A stretch of 63,341 nt of DNA, filler included, from Hyphochytrium catenoides (Eukaryota; Protista; Hyphochytriomycota): NCBI GenBank assembly GCA_900088475.1. It is 5 parts of 5 records of this genome, joined end to end, with 100 filler letters (N's around TTAATTAATTAA, not from the genome) between each part and the next. Parts side by side here need not be neighbours in the genome. Positions count along the whole stretch, not along the records: positions 1 to 21,640 come from FLMG01002166.1; positions 21,741 to 34,520 come from FLMG01003451.1; 3 more parts are not named here. One strand, written 5' to 3'. The notes beneath the pieces were generated by a model. It was not told where the DNA came from. It did not search any database and was given only the letters and a program-made list of their open reading frames with translations. This document shows positions 13,166 through 25,702 of the stretch, in pieces. The number at the start of each line of letters is the position of its first letter. Position 1 is the first letter of the stretch. The translations under genes were made by a program, and so were the position numbers.

Positions 13166-16100
13166 ATGCAAAGGATCAACAAGATGCCCTCTCAAGCGTT
13201 AAGTGAGCGAGGAGAAGGAGAGTCTCTTGCGGGTAGCACCACTGAAGATGACGTTGCAGCTTCCCGAGGTGTCAAAGGTAAGGCGACAATGCGCGGGAGA
13301 GGGTTAAGGGTACGCTTGTTGCAGAGAAGAACCTTAGCTTCTCGCTTCTCTGCTATTGACCTCGGCTTCCGGTTATAGCTATCGTCTTATAGAAATGACT
13401 GTAGCTGCAGGAATGGCGGCGAGGATGAAGAAACTGGCGGGTCTGAAGGCGCGAGAGCCCCAGATAGTGAAGAGCAAGCAGTCCAAAGCGAGCAGAAACG
13501 ACAAAGAAGAAAGAGCGACGAACAGTCCTAACTCCACGAAGAAGTACGTGAGATTGAGAGGCAAGGGGAGAGTTGGATCATTTTCAGATAGACATCGAGA
13601 CATTCTTCGGCTCTAACCGCTCGGTCTCTCACACTTGATCACAGTCAGAAAGAGTCACCGCGAGACAATCGTCAAAATTCTCCTATTGCCAGCAAAGATA
13701 AGGAAACGGAAGCGGATGAAGACCGCGCCAAGAGCGCTGCGGAAGAAGAACCGTCAGGTTCAGTGGAGCCCAAGGACACTAAGGAGGAAGAGCAGGCCAT
13801 AGAGAACGAGGATGAAGAAGAAGAGGAGCCAGAGCTCCAAAGTCAGCGTCATACGCAACCTCTGAAGGCAGAGGTAGACAGAGTAGCGACCCTTATCGTC
13901 CTTCTCTGTCCGGAAAGCACGTTGTTCCTGATATCCGGTTGACCCTGTGGCATCCCGTCCTCCTCATCTGTTTCTCAGATCTACTCTGACTCTCAGGCAT
14001 TTGACACTAAGATCTTAGCTCTGCGTCTCTTCAACATCCGAACGCAATGGTCCCCTCCTCTTGGCTTATTCTCTCACTCACTCTCTCTCTCTTTCTCTCT
14101 CTCTGTCACCTCTACTATCGATGCCTGCTGTAGATTGTCTTTCCGGACACCTCGCACAACCGTCTGCACATCCCACCTCCTGCCGCTCTGTACGTGGTCC
14201 ACCCCAGCGAGTCTAGAGGTCTTCTGGAAGATTATCTGAAGGAGAGAAGGTTGAAGAGAAAGATAGAGGAAGGCGGTGACCTCAGCCAGGCAGACCAAGG
14301 AGAAGAGCCGGAACTCACTCTCCTTCTCTCGGAGCATGAGGCCGCGGTAAAGGTGGCTAGTGGGATAGCCATGGGTGCCCGCCCTTCCTCCAGTCTTCCA
14401 TCAAACTCCGTGCGGCGAGTGACTGAGCGGTATATGAGAGAGAAGCTGCCCTCAGCCCCACCTTCTAAAGAGGCACAGCAGGCGCACAATCGCCTTCTGC
14501 TTAACCAAGTACTGGATACAGAGAGCGGCGTCGCGAGACGTTATCTCAGACCCGTTCCCAGCCTTTCATCAGACAAGGTTTACTTGCCACCGTCCTTGAG
14601 CTTATCTTTCTCGCGTTCTCTCTCTCGCTCTTCTTGTCATTCTCTCTTTTTCTTCCGTCACGAACGGCCTGATCCAGGCGTATCCTATCACTCCTTTCTT
14701 TCCTGTTGAAGAAAACTGGGGGCCGCCATTGGTCCCTCTATTACCTGGCCATCGAGGAGCCGTTCTCCTTACGTTTGCTTTCAATGACTGGATTTTCAGG
14801 ACTGTCGGTTCCTCTCTTCTTTGGTCTCATCTCGAACAACACTTTCCCTCTCTTTCTAGGCACAGGAGACGATTGAGTGTATGACTGTGAAGCCGAAGCA
14901 GTACATTGACTGCAGGGACGTGGGAGGAGTCAAAAGGGACCAAGACTTCCGAGCCGACCTCCTCCTCTCTCTCTCTTCCATTGCCCTGTATGAGCACCCC
15001 ACCTTCTGCGAGGAAGACAGGCTATACGCGTCTCTCAGGCTTATGCACGGTACCACACCTTTCTTTCCTCCGCGTCTGCTCCTCCAGGCGCTGGCAACGT
15101 GCGTCCTTTCCATCTCTCTCTTTGATTTTTGTCTACTCTACCATGCCGTCTCCGTCCCTTTCTTCTCCGTTTCTTGTCTTCTCCCCCACTTCGCCACTCT
15201 CTCTTTCTTCGTACATGCGGTCGCTCATAATATCTCCCTTGACCTTTCCTATTGCGCTTGCGATAGGAGAGTATCGAAGTCGACTGGAGGCAGCGCAGGT
15301 GCCACACCTTCTCTCTCGCCTAAACGCACTCAAAGCAAACCAAGAAGAGTTGACTGCCGCGCGGGGCAACCCCGCTCACGAGGGTAGGCGCCTGTTTGTG
15401 TGCCGTGCTCTGTCTCGCACCATCGCCCACATTGCCTATGTAATTCTTTCCGTCTGTGTTCGGCGAATGAGAGCTTTCTCTCGCTCGCTCGCTCGTTTTA
15501 CTCTCTCTTCCTCTCTTTTTCTCTCATTTCTCTTCCACGTCGAGGTCCGTCCTCTTGGAACTCGCTGTCCCACACTTATTTGTCTTCTTTAGTTCTAGCA
15601 GGCTCGAGAGAGGCAGTGGAGATGGAACAGCGAGAGAAGAGAAGACAGTTGATGGTGGACATCTTTGACTGCCTCTCTTCCCTTCTCGAGGAAGAGAAAA
15701 GACTGAGAGCTCTTGCCCGTGCATGCTATAGAACCTGGAATCAGATCAAAGCTGTTAGAGAAGGACAGGTGAGTCGGCGCCGAAGGACTGGAAAGAATGG
15801 GACGAGGTAAAGAAAGAGAGAAGAGAAAGAGAAAAAGAAAGCTCTTAGCCCATCTCCCGGTTGAGTCGCTAGAGCCAAAGCAGCAGCAGGGCAAAAGATG
15901 CGAGAGAGGGAAACGGCGGACTACATACAAAACGTTTCTTCCTGATTCTATTTCTCTCTCTCTAACTCTCTCTCTCTCTCTCTCTCTCGCTCTCTCTCTC
16001 TATTTTCTGGTCCTAGGGCTATAATAACACCCCGTGCACGCTGGTCGCGCAGCGGACGAAGGGTCCAGAGGTCCCAGAAGGACTACGCGATTCATCTTTC

Positions 16101-17875
16101 CTGCTCTCCATAGCCCAGGAATNNNNNNNNNNNNNNNNNNNNNNNNNNNNNNNNNNNNNNNNNNNNNNNNNNNNNNNNNNNNNNNNNNNNNNNNNNNNNN
16201 NNNNNNNNNNCCTTCCTCTCTCTACTTCTCTCATTCCATCTTATGCTTACCCTTTGCCTCCAGGTGCAAGCGGCTTATAGAAACCTTTGACCGCTTGTTT
16301 CACGGCTCATCTGGGTCGGACGACCCTGCTTCAGCTTCCTCAGCTTCCATGTACGTCCTTAGACTTTCGTCGGATGGCCCCGTGAAGAGGGCAGAGGATT
16401 ATAGGACGCCTGCCGAACGAGCGAGGAGACAGAGGATAAAGAAGACAAAGGTAGAACATGAAGACCTTCGAGGCTACCTCTCTCGCTTTTCCTCTTTTCC
16501 CTTGATTTCAAGGCGCTCGATCGTCTATCCTTCCCTTGTCAGGTCATGCTTCTGTACTCTCTCTCTCTCCTCCACACCCTTCCGCCCTCTCTTGGTCTTT
16601 CCTTGTCTAGAGTGCGTCTCTCTCTCTCTCTCTCTCTCTTACTCTCTCCGTCGCTCCCTATCTCCCTATCTCCCTCTCTCCCTCTCTCTCTCTTTCGCTC
16701 TCCCTCTCTCTCTCCCTCTCTCCCTCTCTACTCACTCTCTCGCGTTCTCTCATAATGCTCTCTTTTCTCCGTCTCTGTCCTGATTTGTGTTTGGCGAGAG
16801 ATGAACTGGTGTGTCTTCTCCCTGCAGATGTTCGTCCGCATGCTGGTGAATCAGAAGCTGATAGGAGAGACACCGCCTCAGCCCCTGCAGTGGCCGCAGT
16901 TCACAGTCTCCACCGCCCAGAACTTCCGCCTCAACCTCTTCAACCGTCCCTCGTCTATCACGCTGGAGGTTTGGGAGAGGACGGACTGGACGCTTGCACC
17001 TGGACCGTTCTCAGGAGAGAGAAGAGTCGCCTCTCTTCATGTTCCCGTGCCAGGAGCCGAGTTGGACGATGCCTCAACGCACGCTGTGGCTCCTGTGGCT
17101 GGATGGTACCAATTCGCCTCTTCCAGAGGTTATGCTAGGTGAGGAGATCCCCGGCAAGCAGGAGAAAGAGTTGGAAGAAGACGAATAACGGGAGATAAAG
17201 CCCATGAAGTAGAGAGAGAGAGAAAAAGAGAAAGAGAGAGAAAAGGGAAAGGAGAGAAGAGAGCGAGAGAGACAGAGAGAGACAGAGAGAGAGAGAGAGA
17301 GAAGAGGGACTTATAGTGAAGCAGAAGGCAGAAGTGTGAAAGCAGCAAATAAGGAGAGGAGCATTCTATCTTCGTGAGCAGACAATCGAGGAGAGAAAGA
17401 GAAAAGAAATGAGAGCAAGAAGAGAGAGAAACTCATCCAGTTAGGAGAGAACCGGACTAAGTCTTTCTGTCGCTTAGTGACTCTGCTAAGACTGAGCGGC
17501 ACATCTCTGGAGCGATCCATTATTCCGCGGTCTGGCTCCGACAGAACGCTGTGGGAGCCATCCCACGGTTGCCAAAGAGACAGCTTCAGCGCCCTGAAGG
17601 GAGATTCCACGGGGTGAAGAGGACTTCTTTGGGACCTCTCTCTCTCTCTCTCTCTCTCTCTTCTTGTCTCTTTCTCTAATGCCGTGTCATCTCTGGAACT
17701 AGCCTCCGCTGCTTCCTGTCTCTTCGTGGTCCTTGTGCCTTTCCCTTCTCAGCGTCAATCTGTTGACTTTAGCACCCTAAAGCCCTTTCCTCCAGCGGCC
17801 TCAGTACCGAGTGGTCCTTCTGCCTTCCTCTTGCTTCTCTTTGTTCGTGCGCTCTTCTCTCTGTCTAAGGTGGCT

Positions 17876-17932
<57 letters not shown>

Positions 17933-20900
17933 TGTCTCTTTCATTATTGCCGTGTCATCTCTGGAACTAGCCTCCGCTGCTTCCTGTCTCTTCGTGGCCC
18001 TTGTGCTTTTCCCTTCTCAGCGTCAATCTGTTGACTTTGGCACCCTAAAGCCCTTCCCCCCAGCGGCCTCAGTACCGAGTGATCCTTCTTCCTTCCTCTT
18101 ACTTGCGCTCTTCCCTCTGTCTAAGGTGATTTCTTCTCTCTCTCTCTCTTTCTCTCTTTTTCTCTCTTATTCTCTCTCTCTCTGGCTCTTATTTTCTCTC
18201 TCTGTCTCTCCCCCTCTCCCTCTCCCTGCTGGCAGATTGTCGTCCGGTCCCTACATAAACAGCAATCCGACGTTCCAGAATTTGCGAAAGAGAATGATTT
18301 TCTCCTTCTTCTCTCTGACATCCCTTCCATTGACCCCAATGACCCGAGGAATATAGACATCGTTAGACTTAAGGTGATGGTCATCTCTTTGTGTCTTTCT
18401 CTCTCTGCCGTTTCTCTCTCTTGTCTCTCTCTCCCTGTCTCTCTGTCTGTGTCTCTCTCTTTCGTTTTTCTTCTTTTTTCTTCTTTTCTTCTCTTCTTGT
18501 CTTTCTCTTTCTGTCTCTATCTACAGAGCCGCTTTTCTCGCCCGGTCTCACCTTCTCTTTCTTTGCCAAAGAACTTTATGATGGGAAAGAACGAAGTTCT
18601 CAAGCGCAGCGCTATCTTCCGGGCTGCCCAGCTCTACCAGGAGATAATTCTGCCCTACGCTGATAGAGGTTTGGCTCTCTTTCTCCTCTTTCTTCTGGCT
18701 CTCTTAGCAACTCTCTCTCCCTCTCTTAGCAGCTCTCTCCCTGTCTCTCTCTTCCTCTCGTCCTTTCGACTCTTGTCCGTCCCCGTGCCTCACAATCTCC
18801 TTCAACGGTCCTGCTCTTTCTCTGCTCGCTGCTGACATGATATTCGACCTCTCTCTCTTCGTATTAATCTCCTCTTCTCTCTCCTCTTTGCACAGCAAAA
18901 TATGACGAATCCAGACGTCTCCGCCTGTTGAAACTTCGGGCGCAAGGGCTGCTGGGAGAGGGAGCAGGAGGAGCGCTAATTCCTCTTGAAGAGAAAGAGA
19001 TAAAGCAAAACCCCAGTTTGTTGGAGTCTCTCAAGAAGCAAAGTGACGGGAGATTTGGAGAGAGAGAAGGAGAGAAGGAAAAGCTTCTCTCACATGACGA
19101 GTCTGTCTTAGCCATCCAAGCCAAGCTGAAGGTAAGACGTAGATCGCGCGGCTCGTGATGAGGACATCCCATCATTTTCTTCTCTCTCTCTCCCCAGTTC
19201 TGCCCCTTTCTTCTCTCTTTCTTTTCTCTCTCTCTCTTTCCATTCTCTCTTTCTGTCTCTTTTTCTCCCTCTTTCTATCTCTCTCTCTCTCTGTTTGTCT
19301 GTGAGGTGCCTCTCTCTACCACCTCCATGGGTCCAGAAGCGCTCTTTCTAATCCTCGCTCCAGGTCCGAGACTTTATCCAGCGCGTGAGAGACAGCCAGG
19401 CAGTGAAAGAGAGAAGGAAACGCAGGCGCACTCCTTCTCTCTCTCAAATCGTTCATGAGGAGTTTGCCCTCCCAGAGTTCACCTTCACGTTCCCCTCCCT
19501 TCTCTCTTTCTTGGAGCCCAAGCGAAGACTCAGGCCACGAAGAAGAGAAAGGAAAGCGATAAGTGCCAACGTAAGCTAACATCACCGACGTCCATCGTCT
19601 CTCTCTCCTCCCCTCACTCGCCCTCTCTCCTCTCTTGTCCCCCGCTTTCTCTCTCTCTCTCTCTCTCCTCTGTCTTCTTCGTCTTGACGTGCCTTTCTCC
19701 CGCGTGTGTTTGTGCAGCCTACAGATTTCAGGATCTTCGTGCAAATTGCCTTCGGTCGGCGTCTGCCCCACAGAGTTCATGGCAAGCCTGAGAGCAAAAG
19801 AAGACGAAGAAAGAGAGAGAAGAGCAGGTCTTCGCTACTTTCCCACTGCTTCTCAGGCCCCCTCTCCCCCCATGGTCTTGCCTTCTGAGTAGAAGTGTTG
19901 GCTTTAGCTTTGTCCTCACTCTGTCACACATTCCTCTCTCTACTTCTCTCTTTCGATTTCTGCTAACTTGTCTCTCTCTCTCTCTTTCTCTCTCTCTCCA
20001 TCAATCTGTCTCTCTGTCCTTCTCTCTCTCTTATCAATCTCAGGAGGCAAACACTTAAGAAGAAGGCGGAGGACAGCGAGGCAGAGAGCGGGGCAGACAC
20101 GACTAACACCAAAGGAGAACCTTCCGAGGATGAGGTTTGATCTCTTCTCTCTCTTCTGAAAAATGAATCTGAAAGAGCCTCAACTAGGGGAGAGAGAACC
20201 AGGCCGGCAAGAGAGAGAGAGATGTAAACGGACGGGAAAGAGAGATTAAGGGTAAGAATGAGATAGGGTCATCACCGAGAGAAAGAGAGAGAGCAGAATT
20301 GGGAGAAGGTGTGAGACAAAAGAAAGAGAGAGAGAGTAACTGCGGGTGTGAACGAGAGAGGGAAGACAGAAGAAGAAGAGAGACACCGTGGGTGTGGTCG
20401 GGACAGGAGAGAAACAGATTCTTTCGCTGAGTTTTTTATGCGGACAGAGTGATGCCGAGAGCGAGGACGAAGCAACTTCCTACGTCGAAGTGCACTTCCA
20501 GGGACAGACAAGGAGGACGTCTTCGGCCAAAGGTGAGCCAGANNNNNNNNNNNNNNNGGAGAGAGAGAGAGAGAGGGAGAGAGAGAGAGAGGGACGGAGA
20601 GAGAGAGAGAGAGAGACTGAGAGAGAGGGACAGAGAGGCTAATCCTCTTTTCTACCACAAAGCAAACGCACCATCTCAAACGTTCTTTACTGTTTACCCG
20701 TCTTTCTTGCTGCCTTTCTCTTCTCCTCTTCTCATCAACTGTTAGGCGTAAACCCAGTGTGGATGGAGACGCTGGTCCTGCCTTTCTCTCTCCCGTCTCT
20801 TGACTTCACGGAGAGTGTTCTCAATAAGCTGACAGATGAACTGTATATTAACGTGATGGACGAGATACACATAGATGATAGAAACAAGGTAAGGGGTCGC

Positions 20901-21406
20901 ACTCTCTCTCTCTCTCTCTCTCCTTTCTCTCTTCCTCTCTCTGGTTTTTCTCATCTCTTCGTCCTGATCTTTCTCTTCACTCACTCTTTCCTCCGTTCTC
21001 TCTTTCTATGACCCTCTCTTTTTCTCTCACTTTCCCTCTCTTTCTCTCCCTTTCCTTCCCTCTCTTTCTCTCTCTAGGCCTTTCCCTCCTTCCCCTTCTC
21101 TCTCTCTTCTTTCTCTCTCTCTCTTGCGCCCCCTGACGCCTGACTTTGGCAGTGTAACTAACCGTTCATTTCCTTCCTTCTTGGGTCGATGCTTTGCTGC
21201 TCTCTTGTCTCTTTCTTTTTCTTTTCTCTTACTCTCCATCTTTCTCCTTCTTTCTCTCTCTTTCTCTCCGCAAACTTTTCGCTCTCCTCTGATCTTGACT
21301 ACAGGGCGGCTACTACGAGTTCGAGAGCAGAAACCTCATCAGGACTGAGAAACACTTCCTCGGCCGAGTCGTTGTTCCGCTGTCCACTGTCTATATAAAT
21401 ACCAGC
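13166..21406 (+). CDS. CC2D2A: Coiled-coil and C2 domain-containing protein 2A (MKS6), ciliary transition zone; multi-exon, 3'-truncated by the contig end
   Basis: Spliced exons give EHPTFCEEDRLYASL, TWNQIKAVREGQ/GYNNTP, an N-terminal C2 domain (MFVRMLVNQKLIGET...PSSITLEVWE...VASLHVPVPG), SIDPNDPRN and EPKRRLRPRRRERK. A second C2 domain follows (YVEVHFQGQTRRT...NPVWMETLVLPF...LYINVMDE; HFLGRVVVPLSTVY). The start codon is tentative. Confidence 0.88.
17636..18135. repeat. Tandem duplication (about 268-bp period, 2 copies) inside a CC2D2A intron
   Basis: Near-identical unique cores start at 17681 and 17949 (gccgtgtcatctctggaactagcc...ctaaggtg), each flanked by (CT)n runs. Confidence 0.9.
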
Positions 21407-21640
21407 GTAGGGATAGCATCGGCTATTTGTCTCTCTCTCTGTTTCTTCTTTTCTCTCTATTGCGCTCTCAGTCTCTCTCAGACTTCGGCTTTCTGGCCAA
21501 TTGTAGGCTTCTCTCTCTCTTCACCACGTCTCTCTCCCGCTCCTGGCCATCTATCAACCATTGTTCGTCTATCTTCGAGTAATACTGCTCTCTCTCTCTC
21601 TCTCTTTCTCTTTCTCCCCTCTCTCTCTCTCTCTCTCTCT

Positions 21641-21740
21641 NNNNNNNNNNNNNNNNNNNNNNNNNNNNNNNNNNNNNNNNNNNNTTAATTAATTAANNNN
21701 NNNNNNNNNNNNNNNNNNNNNNNNNNNNNNNNNNNNNNNN
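21641..21740. other. Artificial contig-joining spacer (44N-TTAATTAATTAA-44N)
   Basis: Exact 100-bp spacer whose core gives stops in all six frames. Identical copies occur at three other positions. Confidence 0.97.
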
Positions 21741-24100
21741 GCGATTTTGGTCAGGGACTCACACTGGCGGGCTGAGCACTCTGATGGAGGGAGAGTAAGC
21801 AAGCTCTTTGGCCTTTGCCTTCGGAGGGTAATGTCTCTTTCCTTTATCCAGAGGGTCTAGAGGGCGGACTTGTGGGATGGGAGAGAGAGACGGGGAAGAC
21901 GGACGGAGGGAGGAGGAAGAACTGTCCGAAGAGAGGCAAACACTCTCAGCTCTAGAAGGCGGTCTGACATCTGTCCAATATGGGCACGGTATCAAGGAGA
22001 CAAACGAGAGTTTCTTAGACATCAGGAAAAGAGCAGAGAGAGAGAGAGAGAGGGAGAGAGAGAGAGGCAGGGGATCAATTCGGAAAGAAAGCAAAAGGGT
22101 AGAGGAAAAAGGCAGAAGGAAAAAGAGCAAAGAGGACACCGGTCGAAGATTCACTGAAAGTAAAAGCCTGTCTTTGCCGTGTTGGAAGGCAAAAGCAGTT
22201 GAGCCTAAAGCCAGAACCGACCGGAAGCGAGAGGTAGCAGTAAAGCCTAATAGCACTTACGTCTCTTTTGCTGTTCCCACGATTTCTTCCCTTCTAGTCC
22301 ATGGAGAGACGGCATCCTATGGCCCGCAGGCGGGGCGGGGCAGTGGTGGTTGGCACCGCAAGAAATGAAGGGGAGAAGTAGCCACTCAAGGGGGAATTGT
22401 CAAGCAAGGGTTGGGAGGAAGGAAGATAGAGATAGATAGACAAATAGAGAGAGAGAGAGAGAGAGCTCAAGGGAGAGAGAAAGGAAGAGAGAAGATGAGA
22501 AGGAAGAGAGACAAGGGCCGATGAGGGAGAGGTGTGAATGAGATGGAGATGAGGATCTTAAGATGGGCGAGACGAGATGGAGAAGCAAGATGGAGGACAG
22601 CAGGAGCTTGTTCTCTTTGCGAGCCTTAACGTCTTAGACAGATTATAGTCGACGCCACTCTCTCCATGGCGCTGCCTTGCGAAGAACTAGCTTTCTCCTT
22701 CTGCGACTTTGCTTCAAGCTCCAGCGTGTTGGGCTCTCTGTCCCTACGTTTCCTAGTCTCCGTCTTTCTCTTTCTTTGGGTCTCTGGCCCTCGGTCGCTC
22801 ACTTTCGCTGTCGTCTGCTTATGAGCCTATAAAGCGCGTGGAAGACCTTCGATGGTCGCCCAGGCCAATCATCTCTTTCTCGTCGTCTGGGCTGCCTGTA
22901 GATATCGGCCCCTCTCCCTCTCAGCCAACTTAACCCACTTGGCCCTCTGACAAGCCACACGGTGTTCTAGTCTCTTCCCACAGGGCCCTTTTGCATTCCC
23001 TTGAGCAATCCTCGAGGTGCCTCACCTCATGGTCTTTCTAGCTTACCTCCCCTCTCTCTGTAAACCTCTCTCTCTCTCTGTCTCTCTCTCTCTCTCTCTG
23101 TCTCTCTGTCTCTCTGTCTCTCTCTCTCTCTCACACCCTCTCTCCCTCTCTCTCTCATACCCTCCCTCTCTCTCTGTCTCTCACCCTCTCTCTCTCTTTC
23201 TCTCTCTCTCTCTCACCCTCCCTTTCTCTCTCTCTCTCCTCGTTTCCCTCGCCGTCTTCTGTCCTCTGTCAAGGAGGACAGACGCTGCCATTCGCCCTCT
23301 CTTTCTCTTGTCCCACGGTGTCCTTGCCAGTATGGCTCTTCGGTAAACATCGGGATAGCCGGCACAAAAGAGGTCAAGTTCGGTGTCTCCTTGGTGCTAT
23401 TGCTAGTCTCGGTAACCTAGTGATATGGCCTACTCTATATCATCACTTCTTGTAGTATTCGGATAGCTGACGATTGATCTAGTGGATAGATATTTTATAC
23501 TCGATAGCTCTGGATGCTTTCGTATAATCTTGGGTCGGCTGGGCATGTAACGGCTCGTTCGTGTTGTCTTTGTTCTCAGTTTCTCCTTTCTTTCAACTCT
23601 CTCTCTCTCTCTCCTGTTCATCTTCTCTCTCCCTCTTTCTTTCCCTTGTCCAGGCAACTCGTCTCTCTTGTTTTGGTTCTCTTCGCTTCACTCAATGATG
23701 TGGACTGTCTCATCGGTTTCCCTCCTTCCGTCTTGCTTTGTATTGGAGTTCGCATTGCTCTCACTGCCTTGATGCCTCCTCCATCCCGCCAATCGGTCTG
23801 CTGTCCCGCTCCAGTTGAAACCTTCCTTTCCACTTAGAGGCTTTGCGTTCTCTCTTTATGGCATCCTTCTGCTGTTACTCTTCGTACCTCACAATCTTGT
23901 CCCTACATGAAGTCAACAGCTGCTTGGCGATGTGCTTCGGGCCTGGTGTCCTGTAGGGCAAGCTTCTCAACGAAGTCTTTCAAGCACAAGTCTCTCTCTT
24001 CCCCACTGATAATCACCCTCACGTCCTTCTCACCACCCTCGTGCCTAGTCTCCTCTCTTCATCTTCACAGTCTTGATCTGGCTAGGCTATATATACACCA
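21741..24100 (-). other. Possible fragments of an unidentified multi-exon gene or pseudogene
   Basis: Short exon-like stretches with GT/AG borders (MPSLHGLEGKKSWEQQKR|gtaagt near 22260-22315; VRVIISGEERDLCLKDFVEKL near 23960-24020). No coherent model or recognisable motif could be built. Confidence 0.25.
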
Positions 24101-24570
24101 GTCCTCGTACAAGATGTATCATAAAAGGGGGAGTCCGAGGATTTACGGGAGACACAGGACTGACGCGGACTTTAGAACATATAAAAGACGGCGAGACAGG
24201 GAAGAAGTAAGCCAGAAATGCCATCTGCTTCCTGCAGAGCTTTTACGTGTCCAAGACGACTCATCATAGTGATGAGTGACTTGGTAACGGATGGCGAGAG
24301 CGTCCTAGGGCATAATAGAAATGATTTTCACCCGTAGCTTATGTCATACTTTTGGCTTCATCCATTTACCCTCTGCGAGCGGAAAGAGAACGTAGATAGA
24401 AGGCTACATAAACAGCAGGAAAGGGAGGCATGTATGAGGTAGTAAGGATGAGGGTAACAAGGAGCGGGATACTAGCAAGCGAACAGCAGCAGGGAGCAAG
24501 TGATATGAGCCCGGAACTCCCACTAAAAGAGGTGAACCGGGAGAGCTAGAGGCTTTGTAAACTTCGTCTT

Positions 24571-25702
24571 CTAACGGAGCTCCTTGTTCAGAAACTTCCG
24601 CTTGGCAAAGAACATCCACCACTTGCTCCGGCTATCTTCGGAAGTAAACACACGCTCCACCAGGCGCCGACCCAACTCCTCACGGAACTGCTTCAGATAG
24701 CTTCGGAGTGTCTCTAATATTGCAGAAACGAAACAAGGGCAATAAGAGACATATACCTAGAGATAAAAGTTGACGACCGAATGGTGGAGAAAGAGAACTG
24801 ACATCAAGCTGAAGACAGACGAGCTGGATTGAATAAGAGAACGTCAAGACAGAGATGGCAGTGCTGGCTAGCAATGATGGTCTGTTACCTCTTTCCTCAG
24901 AAGACTTTGCCTCAGGAATCATGCCATTGATTGGGAATGCAGGATCACCTGGGAGAGCGAATTGCTCTGCCGCTAGGACGGATAAGACTCGAAGACCTAT
25001 TCAGCCGTTAACTATTAGAGGACATACCGTTAACTATTAGAGGACATAGTATGCAGAGACTTAGAAGAACTTTGAAGCAAGACAAGGAAGGAGAGCGATA
25101 AAGAGAAGGTTGCTAAAGCATTAGGGGGCTCCGTTGGCTACCTTCCTTCTTCGTTGGAGCTTTCTCCAGCCTCTTCAAGCACTGCAAGAAATGAAGACTA
25201 GTGGTGAGCCACAAGACGCTGTCAGGCCTACAACAAAGGAGCAAAATACAACTGCAAAGCAATTGCCGGAGAAAGATCGTGGTACAATGCAGTTGAAAAA
25301 AGTGCAAAGGCGAGTTTTTGACGAACGTTGAGACCTGATGAGTGTAGAGTGTGCCGTAGACCAAAGTGCGATCTGCTGCACCCTTGATCTCAAAGTTACT
25401 AAAGAGAATGTTGGCCCTAAATAACTCAAGAACTTCGTCTATAATGTCGGCTTGGTCTGTGAAGTGCCCTTTAGTGAGCGCGTGTTGGCAGATAGATAAC
25501 CTTGGAAGGACAAACCTTGGGGGAGGAGAGGGGCTGGGCCTCGGAGCGTCGTCTTGAGTGGTAGAATCGCGCACCCACAGGCCTGTCTGACCCCGGCCAG
25601 CTCGTTGAAGGAGGAGTGATAAGCTGGCTGAGGATATGGACAAGTACTCTTAGCAAAGCGGTACCGGACTAAAGAATCACGTTGCCCACAGTCCCTTACC
25701 AT
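24571..25702 (-). CDS. ARPC3: Arp2/3 complex subunit 3 (p21-Arc), 6 coding exons
   Basis: Spliced product: M|PAYHSSFNELAGVRQACGCAILPLKTTLRGPAP...DIIDEVLELFRANILFSNFEIKGAADRTLVYGTLY...CLKRL...FALPGDPAFPING...LRSYLKQFREELGRRL...SKWWMFFAKRKFLNKELR, ending at TAG 24573-24571. Confidence 0.97.

Larger units (their letters stand above)
14070..23250. repeat. Dense (CT)n/(GA)n microsatellite domain covering CC2D2A introns and the start of the next contig
   Basis: Long polypyrimidine/polypurine dinucleotide runs occur at 15955-16000, 16620-16750, 17210-17305, 17880-17930, 20558-20640, 21585-21640 and 23060-23240. Confidence 0.95.

Noticed and set aside
21685-21696. Recurrent TTAATTAATTAA palindrome as a biological motif
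   Set aside because: It is always centred in N padding, so it is an artificial linker.
15900-23350. Many SLSLSL and RERERE ORFs in the ORF track
   Set aside because: These are translations of (CT)/(GA) microsatellites.
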